A DNA stretch of 62,413 nucleotides, the filler included, from Piptocephalis cylindrospora (lineage: Eukaryota): the NCBI GenBank assembly GCA_003614145.1. It is 16 parts of 16 records of this genome, joined end to end, with 100 filler letters (N's around TTAATTAATTAA, not from the genome) between each part and the next. Parts side by side here need not be neighbours in the genome. Positions count along the whole stretch, not along the records: positions 11,863 to 15,701 come from KZ988617.1; positions 15,802 to 19,627 come from KZ988618.1; positions 19,728 to 23,442 come from KZ988619.1; positions 23,543 to 27,366 come from KZ988620.1; 12 more parts are not named here. One strand, written 5' to 3'. Both the position numbers and the translations under genes were made by a program. The stretch's first letter is position 1, and each line of letters begins with the position of its first letter. Shown in pieces: positions 11,863 to 24,227 of the stretch. The notes beneath the pieces are model-generated. The model was given only the letters and a program-made list of their open reading frames with translations. It made no database searches and was not told the origin of the DNA.

Positions 11863-14240
11863 TCCTTCTCCACATCCTCCCTCACTGCCTCTTCAACCGC
11901 ATGCTTTCCCGACCCGATGGGCATCCACTTCCACCCGAGGGCAAGAACCCGGGATCCATGCCTCCCATAGTGCTTGTAGACAGCATCATAGGTGACGGGG
12001 ATGGACTCTGGACGATACATGGATTTTAACGTCTCTGGCGCTCCCTTTACTCCCACCCACCATTGCCCACCCTTTCCCCCGCTCTCAAGATGACCCAGAG
12101 TGGACATCCGCTTCAGAGCTGAGGAAAAAGGGAAACGACGAAGGATTCGAACTCCCGAGGGCCCCTTCCATTGCTTCATAAGGGTGGAAGAGGAGTCTTT
12201 CCTAGGAGAAACCTTTCCGCCTAGTCCAACTTCCCAGCCAATGGCATCGAGGGAGGCCTTTTCCATGGGATCCCCAACAACAACAACCTTTTCACCTTTG
12301 GTGGTCTTTTCTTCCTTGAACTTGACCTCATCCTGACCCTCCTCCTCCTCCTCAAGACGGACAAGGGCATGGGCCGTGGCAAGCACCAAAATGGTTTCCT
12401 TGGGAGTTTGATGAGCCATGGAAAGGGCAAATGGACCTGTATCCTCCTTCCCCTCCTTCCCCTTGCCCTCACCACCCTCTATCTCCAAACCCGCTATACC
12501 TTCGACCACCAAGTCTTCCCCAGTCAAGGTACCGGTCTTGTCGAAGCAACAGACGTCGACCTTGCCGGCAAAGGGGATGCGAAAGGGTTCTGTGCAAAAG
12601 ATGGCGTGTTTGGCCAGGGCAACCAAAGAGGTATTGACAGCCAAGGACAGCTCCATGGGAAGTTCGGGGGGAACGACGGAAGTGAGGATCATAACGCAGT
12701 CGAGCATAAGTTTCCCCCTTCGCCGATCACCATGACGCCGGTTCCCCTCAATCCAGACATAAGAAGCGGCAGCAATGGCAAAGATGAGGAGGAAGAGGAT
12801 GAACATGAGGGCCTCTGTGTTATTGGCGGACACATGCTCCGTGTTATACACCATGGTCCTGACCAACTTTCCTTGGGCCGTTCCAAACCCGGTCCTGACC
12901 ACCATGACAATACAGCCATTATCTGGGGCTGAAGGGGGAAAGGTGAGTGAAAGTGACCTACTTTATCCCATCTCACTCCCTTACCCTTCAACGGAGCCTC
13001 AGGGGAGGGGGTGACTTGAAGAACCTTGGTGCCGCCAAAGAGCACATGAATACGATCAGCACCATCGGCCATGTCAAAGAGATCGGTAGAAGGGCGCAGA
13101 CGGACACTTTCCTTGCTCTGGGGCGTGGATTCCCCGGAGAGCATGGCTTCATTGGCAATGCAGCCCCCATCCAAAAGGATCATGTCACAAGGGATAGCCA
13201 TCTCTCCCTTACTGCGCACCACGGAGCAGATATCCCCAGGAAGTAGGTCCTCACTGGACACCTCCACCCAAGTCCCTGCCCGGTATGTACGGATGGGGAA
13301 GGGTTTAAGGGAAAGAGTTCTGAATTCCGTGAGTGTTTTAATCCTCTATAGTTTGACGTGGTGGGGTGGGGGTGGGATGAGCAGGGGATGAAGGGATAAG
13401 CGGGTATTGGTGAGAGGAGGGATCGGTACCCCAATGAGTCGTACCTGCATGACCACGGTGGACTCAAAGACAATGAGCATGACCAAGGTGAAGATGGAGT
13501 AATACCAGTACTCATCCAAGCACCATAAGGCAACGCAAAAGAGTTGAAAGACGAAAAAGGGGGCAACTGCATGCTCCTCAAATAGCTCCCGGAAGGTGGG
13601 GAAGGGGATTTCAAAGCGATTGGGCCCATACTCAGCCTGAGTCTGGGAGATGGCCGCGGAGGTCAGGAGACCCTTGAAGGAGTGCAGATGGGACATGGGG
13701 ATAGGACGATCCCCAGGCTGCTGAAGCTTCCGAAAGGTTTTTTTGTCCTGGTCCCAAATGTACTTTTTCTGATGCAATAAAAATGTGATTTCACGTTCCG
13801 CGCCCTTCTGAGAGGGGGAGGGGCCGTGCTGAACGGGGCAAAAAACACCCTTGCCAAGGCCAGGCCGAGGGATCAGACGGATATGGGTGGCATGCTGTGG
13901 GGTCGTGGCAGAAAGACAGGTGAGGGCGGTACGGGCCTTGACACTCCATTTGCATACGAGGAAGGAGAGAAGGTGCAGGGTGGCGAGTAGACCCAGGATC
14001 AGAGTGTTGTTCTCCCTGGAGCCAATATAGGTCTCGTAAGCAGTAACGTGGACATAGGCCCAAGCTAGGTAAATAAGGGCAAAGGGCAGGCCGTAGGCGT
14101 GAAGCCGTGTGGGAAGTTCCTTGTACAAGGAGGCCTCTTGCAGGCTTTTTGATTCAACCAGTCTATTAGGAGGGGATGAGGAAGAGAAGAAAGGGAGGAG
14201 ACCAGGATCCGACCGCAAGATCGACTTACCGCTGTGTCAT
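11863..14240 (-). CDS. SPF1: P5A-ATPase Spf1/ATP13A1, 5' part
   Basis: 11-nt first exon (MTQR) and motifs PFFVFQLFCVALWCLDEYWYYS, EAMLSGESTP, PPELPMELS, DKTGTLT and KGAPE. Confidence 0.96.
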
Positions 14241-15041
14241 ACCACCAAAGACCCCAAGAGAACGTGTAGAGTGGGAGAAGCAAAGAAAAAGAGGGGAGGA
14301 GAGAGTGATATTCTCGATCCAGCAGGTGGGGAGAAGGGAAGAGGGGGGGGGGGAGGATGAAAAGGAAGGAGGATCTGTCGCACTGGTTGAATGAGGCTCT
14401 TGGTCCTGGACAGGGAGATAGAAACAGAGAGGCGATGGGTTGATGCGGGGAAGAAGGGCTAGGGGGTGAGAGGATACAGAGCCCTCTTCTCTCTCCGCCG
14501 GACCGCAGTGCTTCACCTCTTATCCGTTGTGTCGCTGTTCCTGGCCACATACCGAGACAACTTCCCTATCATCATCCCTCCCAGCACGACAATGTGTCTC
14601 AAGGTGGCTTATAGGGGATATGATAGTGGCAGTGGTAGGGGGTGGAGATACTGTGAGGGGAGCAGCACAGCCCCTGCTCTCCATATCATGCTATTATTGT
14701 ATCCAATCTGACCTAGTCATCATCCCCATACTCAAGGTCTGTGTTGTCCTTGGGTCTCTTTTCTATACTGATTTATAAAAGATGAGGCACATTCATCTTT
14801 GTGAAAAAATTTACAGGAGGGAGGGAAACCCCGTCCGGCGTACATTCAACGGGCTATGCCCGGGCCATTCAACAATAATGCTTCTCTATGAAGATCGGGG
14901 ATTTTAGGATATCCAGGAACATGAGTCCCATTATCCTCTACAGAAGTGCTTATGATCTATTCATACAATCCATACTCATCCGATTTTCTCGTCCAACACC
15001 TCACTACATCTAACCAAGATCCTCTATTTTCTGCGGATACG

Positions 15042-15149
15042 CGTCGGGAGCGTGCTCCTAGTACCACGCACGCCAGCCCTATGGGCGGCGACGCGTTTGG
15101 ATGCTCCTACGCGCCTATCCCATCGGGGAAATAAAAGGGTTTTGTCATC
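15042..15149 (+). mobile_element. SINE-like repeat, diverged copy C
   Basis: CGTCGGG...GTACCACG...CCCT.TGGG...GCCTA.CCCA..GGGG.AATAAA...TCATC is colinear with copies A and B. Confidence 0.6.
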
Positions 15150-15154
15150 ATTAC

Positions 15155-15253
15155 TTAGTCCCCGGTCCTACATAGGCCGGCTTAAATGCGGATATTGTGT
15201 TCGGATATCCATCAGCCTACCCCACCCGGGGAAAATATAGTGATTTTACTACT
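15155..15253 (+). mobile_element. SINE-like repeat, 5'-truncated copy D, in tandem after copy C
   Basis: TAGTCCCCGGT...GCCG...TGTGTTCGGA...GCCTACCCCACCCGGGG is colinear with copy A. Confidence 0.6.
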
Positions 15254-15470
15254 GCTAAAAATGCATACCTTTTATATCTATCTAAAGACGTCATCCTTTT
15301 TTGTCTCTATCTATTCATCTATCTAACAACAACACCATCGTCGTGGGACCGGATCTAAGCTTACATGGCCCTTCGCCATATCTCTTAAATTTGCCACATC
15401 GCAAAAATTGGCCCCAACTTCTACTGAGAATCATCCTCTACACACCAGCCCATATCCGTCCCAATCCCTC

Positions 15471-15507
15471 AGACACGACCAGACACGACCAGACACAGCC
15501 TGACACG
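15471..15507 (+). repeat. 10-bp tandem repeat (AGACACGACC), about 3.7 copies, degenerating
   Basis: agacacgacc agacacgacc agacacagcc tgacacg. Confidence 0.8.
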
Positions 15508-16913
15508 CATCTCATAGCGTAAGATATGTAGTAGCCGCAACCCTGGACACAACGGATAAGAGGTGAAGCACTGCGGTCCGGCGGAGAGAGAAGAGGGCTC
15601 TGTATCCTCTCACCCCCTAGCCCTTCTTCCCCGCATCAACCCATCGCCTCTCTGTTTCTATCTCCCTGTCCAGGACCAAGAGCCTCATTCAACCAGTGCG
15701 ANNNNNNNNNNNNNNNNNNNNNNNNNNNNNNNNNNNNNNNNNNNNTTAATTAATTAANNNNNNNNNNNNNNNNNNNNNNNNNNNNNNNNNNNNNNNNNNN
15801 NGGGAGCAGCAGACGTGGAGACGGGGGGAGAGGACAGTTGTATGGAACAAGCGATGATGTGGGAGAGTGGGCGGATGGGTGGGAAAGAAGAGCACTTTAT
15901 GAAGGGATATGAAGATCAAGGTGAGAGGAGGGCAGACCATGAGTAAGCCCCCCCCCTCTTCCCAAGGGGTGAAGAGCAAGAGAGAGTGAGGCAAGGCCGG
16001 GGGAGGGGACCAGCATCCAATGGAGATACTGAGCGTACAGACGCATCACCCCTCAATGCTGCATGACTCAAACCAGGAAAGACTACTGCATCTCTCACTA
16101 TGAATATGTCCCTGAAAGAAGGAATACTCCCTCTTTTGACCCCGGGGTTGGAGATGAAAGGAGAGGAGGGGATTCTCTCCATTTGGTGACTCCCCGATAT
16201 CCATGGGGAAAAAGGAGGCGAGAAGGAGAGAAGGGGGGGGGGCTATCTTTTAGGATGAGAAACTCCCTCGTATATGCGGATCTCACAAGCTGATCCAGGC
16301 ACTCTGAAACCACTTCCAGGAGGACATTTCCTCTATTAACTTAGAGTGGTGCAAGTAAACCGTATCTTTGCCTCAGCCACATAATGAATCATTCCTCTTG
16401 AGCAGCGGCATCAATCACCTTGGGAAAATATGGAATCATGACATCAGAAGTGGCACGGGAACGGGTTTGAATGAAAATCTATGAGTGCTTGTCGTGGATA
16501 TCAAAGTATTAGATGACGATAAATGAAGTGAAGATGCTAATTTGAATTTTTTTTTAGAGGGAGGCCACTAAACTAATTTATAGAGAGAGTGTGTGTGTAC
16601 TTTATTGTACCATCTTCCTTGCTTTGAAGGATGAGCCTAGGAAATTTAAAAGTTCTCTGAGGCGATCGATCGGGGAAGCGGAGCAGCAGCTACCACTCAC
16701 GTTAAAATAATCGTCATCTACGGCACCAGGAGCTAGATATTAAAAACCACGAAAAGCACATGGAATTCCTACCATTCCAAGGAGGAGAGATGACCTTTGT
16801 AGCAGTATGCCAATGGGGATGACATGGTCATTGTGCTCTCCAGAATGCAGTTTCATCCTAGAAATTGATTCTAGCAGCGAGTTAGATAAATCTATAAAAT
16901 ATCCTTTGATATC

Positions 16914-16985
16914 GGCCCGGTGGTCTAGTAGTATGATTCTCGCTTAGGGTGCGAGAGGTCCCGGGTTCAATTCCCGGCCGGGCCC
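16914..16985 (+). tRNA. tRNA-Pro(AGG), intronless
   Basis: Acceptor stem GGCCCGG/CCGGGCC, anticodon arm CTCGC-TTAGGGT-GCGAG, T-loop GTTCAATTC and a downstream T run. Confidence 0.95.
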
Positions 16986-17256
16986 ATCTTTTTTGTCTCT
17001 TCAGACTCTGTCATTATTCCAATGCAATACGGTTGTGGGCTCGACCCCTGCCTCCCCCCTGACTGTGTCCCTTGGATGTTTTCTCCATAAGACAATATAT
17101 TATTCAACCATAAACAATACGCACAGGAGCAAAGATGGCCTGTGTAGTGCGTGTCTCCACCTCCCCTTTTTCCTTGCTAGGGAACGATTCATTCTTTATT
17201 TCAATAACCTCCCCCTCCTATTTATACATATACATCTTTAGAAAAGGAACAAAGGA

Positions 17257-18725
17257 CTAGGATGAAATATCAAAGGTAGATTGGTCCAAGGACCGAACGA
17301 CATCAGGTAATGGCTCTCGTCGAAATTGCGCCTCTACTTGTCGAAATCGATGGTGATTACCCGTTGCAGGATCTGTAAAGAAGGAAGGGTTGGTAGAGGA
17401 AAGGGATGGGCACATTGGACCATTCCCCTTCTACTCTTACCTAATAGAGTAAGGACAATGCATCGGGTGGGGCGGGATACCTTCTTATCCTCGTACATCA
17501 ACCTTACCATGATGGATGGGCTAAATGAAGGTGGACGGTATGAGTGATCATAGAGAGGGATACGGTGATTGTAGCAGTATTTACATTGACAAGGTCGACC
17601 TCATGGGACATAGCATTAATGTGGCAAAGGACAGGGATGTGTCGGCTTGGATATCTTGGACAGACCACCATTCATTGAGTACATTTGAAGATTTTAATGC
17701 CTTGAGCTGCTCCCTTCGAGAGACATAGGCCTGGAGCAGCTCATCCACTTCCATCCAGAGTCTCTAAAATCGAGGGGATCAGTCTTTTGACATCATCTTT
17801 CCTCTGTACAGAATCATATGGGGTATTTTCCACCCACCTGTTCATTCTTCCTAAGCCAGGCCTTTCCCAGTTGTCGAATGGGAATAAAGGATGGGAGAGT
17901 GTGTCGGTGGACTCTCCATGAAATGCCTTTGGATCGGGCCTTAGGTCCTGGGGGCTGGAGGATGATGTAATAGGTTTCGTGGTATGCTCCTGGAGAGAAA
18001 GAAGTTAGATGCTCTCTCTTTCTTTCTCTTGAGTCCAAACACCCATTCACTTCTACCTTCGTAAAAAGTTTCGAGTCGTATCCCACGCATGGCCCCGCCA
18101 CGAAGGATGAACTCAGACCTTCCCGTCAATCGATGGGCTTGTTCCAGGGAAAGGGCATGTCGGGTTTTGGATTCCTCCCATATCCCTTTCATCATCTGGG
18201 GAGGGAGGGATGAGACGGTATCCTCATGGGATGGGATGGGATGGCCACACGTTCAACATTACCTTTTGCTCCAAGTCAGCCTCCTTCTCCTCACCGTCTA
18301 GTCTCTTACTATGTTGCTCCTGTCGTTGGGCTAAGAGCATTCCGATGGACGTGACGCTCTTTTCCTGCAGGGTAGCCTGATACAACCTCTGCTCTAGTTT
18401 GTGCTCTTCCCGCACTGTGAAGGGTTGATGAGTGAAGTCATTCTCTTGGCCTCCTCGCCTTTTTATCCTTAAAATCATACATTCACTTTGTAGTTTCTCC
18501 ATATCCTCGCGTAACTGGTTCGTCGCCCTTTGTACATCCAAAAGTCTAAGATGATGGTCGTCCGTCACGGGGGAAGGGGGGAGGGGGTAAATAGAAAAGT
18601 AAGTGCGGATCCCTCAGTGAAACCCTTGGTCTCTCCTTCCTCACTTACGCCTGACCATCCTCCTGAATCTGCGCCAAAGCAGCTGGGATATCCCGGGAGA
18701 GGCGTGTGTTGAGTGGGGTGGACAT
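17257..18725 (-). CDS. Kinetochore protein CENP-O/Mcm21, multi-exon
   Basis: Spliced product has a coiled coil, then IRLETFYEGAYHETYYIIL...VHRHTLPSFIPI...LLQAYVSRREQL. Confidence 0.75.
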
Positions 18726-19744
18726 GGGATGGAGGGAGAGAGATGCAAGGAGAAGAAGAAGAACAGTCCTCCTACCCCTTGGGGAGAGTCCAAATCCTTT
18801 ATTGACATTTTACACACACACACACAACCCATTTCCCCGACCTTCCTCTAGTGGATAAGATCTCTGAACGTAGACCCCATACAATACAAGCTGAACTTCT
18901 CTCTCTAACGGATAAGATCATAGCCAATTGTGGTTATTTTTGGCCATAATTTGATCGAATGTTTATGGAGTCGTTGCCATTGTCTCCAGCGCCTACCCAC
19001 CTTCTAGCTCCTTCCATTCGCATAATGTGCAGAGGTTCTCAAGGCGCTGAGAACACTAGGCTTACGATAAACTTGTGGTGTGACCTTACCACATCTGTAA
19101 TAATAATCTGTTTGTGGAGACTGTTGAGGATAATGCTGCCCATCCCTCCACGGTGAGATGGTGGGGGCGCAACCCCCTTCCAGATCCTTCCACGCCCACT
19201 TCGTATCTCGAGGTGGCGAGGTGCTTTGCCTTTCGCATTCATCTTTCACAGTGTCTAAACATATCTGCATGACGATAGCCTGTAGAAGGGAGGAAGAGGT
19301 GGTGGGGGAGACACCATCCGTTGAAACCTCATCAAGATGGCATGTGTGGGGGAGGGACACGGTAGACAAGCCTACACGACCACCACCCTCATTGCTACCA
19401 TCATCAAGGCTCACATGAGGGAGATGAGAGATGTCTCTGATAATCTCTACCCCACCGGCCCCCCAGTAGCAATCTACAGGCTAGATTCATCAGTATGCAC
19501 GACCAACAGCACACCGCTGGCCCCTACCATCTATCTCACTTTCACTTGACCGGACGCGTTCCAGATGCCCCCTCCCCCCCAAGTTGCTCCCATCAGCCCC
19601 CTTCCCAAGCACACACACATCCAAGGANNNNNNNNNNNNNNNNNNNNNNNNNNNNNNNNNNNNNNNNNNNNTTAATTAATTAANNNNNNNNNNNNNNNNN
19701 NNNNNNNNNNNNNNNNNNNNNNNNNNNATTACCTCTTTTTTATA

Positions 19745-20339
19745 GGACGGTCAAGCGCAAGGCCATTCGATACATCCTAAGGAACCAGAAGGAGGATGGG
19801 TCTTGGTTTGGGTCCTGGGCCATCTGCTTTACCTACGCCACCATGTTTGCCCTAGATAGCTTGGCCAGTGTGGGAAAGTATTATGATACAAGCGAGGCCT
19901 CCAGGAAGGGCTGTGAGTTCCTCTTGGCCCATCAGAGGGAGGATGGCGGCTGGGGCGAATCATACAGGTCCTGTGAAACCGGACAGTATGTCCAACATGA
20001 GGATTCCCAGGTTGTCCAGACAGCATGGGCCCTCCTTGCCCTCATGGCTGCAAAATGTCCCAACGCCCTTGCCGTGCAACGAGGTATTCAGGTACGTAAC
20101 CCCTACAGGGAAGTTTAGCGTGTACACGTGCGTGTGTGTGTAAACACTCATTCTATTGCCTCCAATAGCTTATTATGTCTAGACAGCTTCCGAATGGGGA
20201 GTGGCTACAAGAGGGGATCGAAGGGGTCTTTAACCGGAATTGCATGATCTCCTATCCTAACTACAAGTTTATCTTTTGTCTTTGGGCTCTCGGAAGGTAC
20301 CGAAGAATCTATGGTGATGGGCCTTTGAAATCGGAGTGA
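19745..20339 (+). CDS. ERG7: Oxidosqualene cyclase (lanosterol synthase), 3' part
   Basis: QW repeats [27 protein letters not shown] and QLPNGEW, plus [14 protein letters not shown]; intron 20092-20168. Confidence 0.95.
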
Positions 20340-20742
20340 TCTTGGAGGGTATATCAGCATTTTGAGGGAAATGGAGAATATTCAGTGGATAAGCCTGAAA
20401 ATAGACTGGGAATACCATTGCTTTCAACTGCCCCTGCTTCGAATAGCTAGACCACTGTGTATCACCTGATACAACGTAAGGGATTCCGGTGATGAATGAA
20501 ACTAGGTCGGTGTGGCTCAAATTACGCCCATACATTGCTTGACAGGTCGCGTTTAGATAAGCATGCGCGCCAAGCGGGGTAGCGTGGGAATTTTCGCGAA
20601 AGCTCTCGCGCGGATTCTGAACGACGTGTAAATGACAATAGCAAATATGACTTTTTAAAACGAGCGTACAAACATGATATGTCCATACAGACAAACCTCC
20701 TTGCCTCTCCCTCTTTCTCTCTTCTCAGGACTAGCCACCAAG

Positions 20743-22675
20743 ATGAATCGCCACTCCAAAGACCTTATCCTTCACTTGCAACACCTCGCCAACGAGGTGT
20801 ACTCCGTCCTTATTGGAACGGCCAACAGAGAGACCATGATTAGAATTTGCTATGGACGTAAGAAGTAACGAGAGTAGACTCTGTGATGCTCATTCCTCAA
20901 AGCCATCTTATCCTTTAGGATTGGACGATATTCGTTCCTTGGGTAAATGGTGTCGTTGCGCCAATCAATGATGAAATGGGCTATACTAACCCTTCTCGAG
21001 GCAATTCCTCCAGCTCTACTACTTGCCGTGATGAATGAGTGTCATCATCTTCTCTCACGAAACGAGCGTATAACCAAAAGGTAATGCTAAGTGTTGGGTA
21101 TCCTGAGGCTAGATGAGACTGAGCCTCCATATGGGAAACCTCATAGAGCATTATACTATCGACACATGGATCTTTTCAAGAATTATGAAACGGTCGATCG
21201 AGTAAGTAGACCTATTGCAAGATCTCTTTGCGTGATGCGCTCGAAAGTATGCTTAATCCTGCTTAGACCCTTTTGAGGCTATGTACCCTGCTCAAGGTTG
21301 ATCGATGGCAACTTCATGTGGTAAATCGCGGCATTGATACCGTCATTCTTTCAACACGAATCATTAAACCCCTTCAAATATGGCCTAGGTTGCCTCACCG
21401 AAAGGACTGATGGCTGGAAGCATGACTTTATTTATGCAAAAAGGCCAAATGATTGTACTGGATCAATCTACTCGGCAGGTAATAATAAACACCTTGAAAT
21501 AAATGAGCCATCCTATTTATAATTCTATCCTTTAGAGCCATCCCATTCCAGAGATCGAAGATATTGATAAGGTGAGTGAGTTTGGAGCGGCACTCTCTTA
21601 TTTGGAATTGTCCCGGCTCATCGTGTGTCTCATTAATCATTAGATCAAGAGTGATGCTCCTCTTGTCCTAGTTATTGAAAATGAGGTCAGTGAAATTCCA
21701 GGGTGCTTTATTATTTTACTCACCCCAAGCCCATGATCCGTCTCCAAGGCTACCTTTTCCTGCTTGTTGAATTTCCCCTTGGAGAAGTACATTGGACAGC
21801 ATATTATACTGACGGTAAGGAAACAAGTCTTAAATCGTCATTGTCTATCTATTTCTTCCTAGTCCAATTCACCAAGATTTACTTGAATAGGGAAAAGGAT
21901 ACCCTGTAAGTGCTTTGCAGACACTATGATATAGCTGGCTTCATCTCACTGAAGCCCTGTGTAATGACTAGGATATTGCCAGTAGACGATTTCTCCAAAG
22001 ACTTTCCTGCCAGATGAATCAGAAAGAGTAGGCAGAAAAGGTGGATGCGCCATCCTATCCAATCTTATTTATCCTTTCTCTTGGTAGGGCGAGGATGGTG
22101 ATTTTGACCGATGCAGACTCGTATGGTCTAGAGATCTACCTGACCTACCTCAATGGAAAGGTAGGTGGTGGATGAATAGTATTGCGGGCACATGAATACC
22201 CTGACCGTCCACTTTATACTCTTAGCCACATGAGTACACGGAGGAATTGGCCGCTCCAGGGCTGAAGCATATTGGTCTGTGTGCAAAAGATTGGATGAGG
22301 TAAGGTCGAAGGATGGAGAGGAGATATCACAATATGGAGGAAGCCAACCTTCCTCACAGCTCATATCCATATATAGAAATGAGGTATTAAGAGATCAGAG
22401 CATCATGATGACCCTGGCCAATCGACAGCACTGTCTTGGACTCCTCCATCGGCCCCATCTGGGATCAAGGGAGAGGTAGGGTGTTCGTCTAAGGAGTAAT
22501 CAGGATCTAGAGTAAGGATGATTAATTCCCCTTTCTTCGGATCACCAGGTCGATGATAGAGAGAATGCTCTTTTACGGAAGAAAGGCCGAGCTACAATGC
22601 TTAGTTCAAGGCCCAGAGGGGCCCGAAACATTGGGAAGATATCTCCAGGACAAGTTGAAGGCTGAGGTACCTTGA
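20743..22675 (+). CDS. SPO11: Meiotic transesterase Spo11, 15 exons, about 330 aa
   Basis: In-frame splicing gives ITKRALYYRH, VASPKGLMAG, LVIENEATF, LTGKGYPDIASRRFL, LTDADSYGLEIYLTY and KAELQCL. Confidence 0.9.
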
Positions 22676-22750
22676 TTAGGTTCATCTGTGTCTAGCGATA
22701 TCACGGCCAAGAAACACACGCGCGTTGCAGTGCACAAGAGACCAAAGTAT

Positions 22751-23307
22751 CTAATAATTGTCGGCATCGGGGGGGTCCAGGATGCTAAAGCCCCTTTCCC
22801 GTAGAACCCTATTGCGTACGCGACCCTGCTCCTGCCGTTCCTGGGCCTCCCGATCAAGGATTTCCTTAACCTCTTGCTCTGGTGCTAGCTGCATGCGACT
22901 AAAGGTGTCTTCCTCGGTGAGGAGGTCAACCTCGGCCAGGAGGACGACGTTTTCCCCGCGAACAATGTACACACCACGCCGAGTCTGAGAGTAGAGGGGG
23001 GGGGGGCTAGGAGACGTTCTACGGTGTCTTGCAAGACGAGGTTTGCTAGTGGGGTAGGATGATGAGGTTGCTGTTTATGGCGAGAGAGGAACCTGGGGGG
23101 AAGAGGGGACACACGTACCAAATTGGTCATAAGACCGCAAGACACCAAAGAGCTTTCGGCCATCACGAAGCACCACGACCAAGCGACCTACAGGAAGGGA
23201 GAAGGGATGAGGATGTGGTGGTCTGAGGAAGATAGGAGGAGCAGGAACATACGGTCAACACAGTCCAAAAGACTGTTGGCGGTGGTGAAGAACTGTCCCG
23301 GATCCAT
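22751..23307 (-). CDS. LSM1: Sm-like protein Lsm1 (apparent frameshift in a G11 run)
   Basis: FTTANSLLDCVD / LVVVLRDGRKLFGVLRSYDQF / ANLVLQDTVER / GVYIVRGENVVLLAEVD. Confidence 0.9.
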
Positions 23308-23542
23308 GCAGGCGGAAGGGAGGTGGATGAGAGGGAGGAGGAAGGAGGAGGAGGAGGAGGAGGAATGTGGTCAAAAGAGGAGGAAAACGGTTAAGCGGAA
23401 GACCGGGATGACATGGGATGGTGAAGAAGGGGGGGAGGAAGANNNNNNNNNNNNNNNNNNNNNNNNNNNNNNNNNNNNNNNNNNNNTTAATTAATTAANN
23501 NNNNNNNNNNNNNNNNNNNNNNNNNNNNNNNNNNNNNNNNNN

Positions 23543-24227
23543 AGGACGTGGCGCCTGATCACGTCTAGGAGGCTCTCGGCGGTCCTATCCTGCACGGTCT
23601 CGAGAAAAGCGCGTCTCTCGCTTGATCTCTCAACTCCACCAACAACCCAAACACCCTCGACACAATGCCCCTTGTTATACTTCCTCTTGCCAAACTTGGA
23701 TTCGTCAATCTCCACCACTACACCCTCGCCCCCCACCATAACGTCAGTAAATTGGACATTATCGGCCACTAACTTACGAAAATGGCCAAGGTATGCCGAG
23801 ACGGTGCTTGTAGAATGTCCAGTGTACTGGACAATCCCCGAGGAAGGCATTCTCAGCAGCCAAAGGTAGGCAATTTGCATCACCTTGTTGACTGGAAGTT
23901 TGCCCTTGGCGAAGAAAGAGTCCTTAAACAGGGAAATCTTCCTCCGACAGGCCTTCCGACGACAGGTATAGCGTTTGCCATACCTTACGGTTGGTCCCTC
24001 ACAAGCAGGGCAGGGGGGATGGTCATACAAGATGCCATGCTCAAGAAGGAAGAGGATGCACACTTCCTCAGAGGAAAAAAGGTTGGAAAGAGAAGAAGCG
24101 GTAGGAAACATTGGGAAAGAGAGAGAAGAAGGCAGGCTACAGAACGCACAAAGAATCATTGCGCTGCGCCTTTTATAGAGCGAGCAGCACACATTCAAAA
24201 AGGTGTCCCCTATACTAAAGTTCAGCC
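23543..24227 (-). mobile_element. Merlin (IS1595/ISXO2-like DDE) transposon, family 1, 5' part; ATG at about 24111
   Basis: CPAC...CRRKAC zinc ribbon, VVEIDESKFGKRKYNKGH and WVVGGVER; candidate TIR GGCTGAACTTTAGTATAG starts at 24227. Confidence 0.9.

Larger units (their letters stand above)
14378..15701. repeat. 156-bp inverted duplication (14378-14533 vs 15546-15701) at the contig end, probable chimera
   Basis: Exact reverse-complement match; produces the duplicated MKHCGPAER ORFs. Confidence 0.9.

Noticed and set aside
18959..19626. Several overlapping short ORFs
   Set aside because: No consistent spliced model or homology could be built
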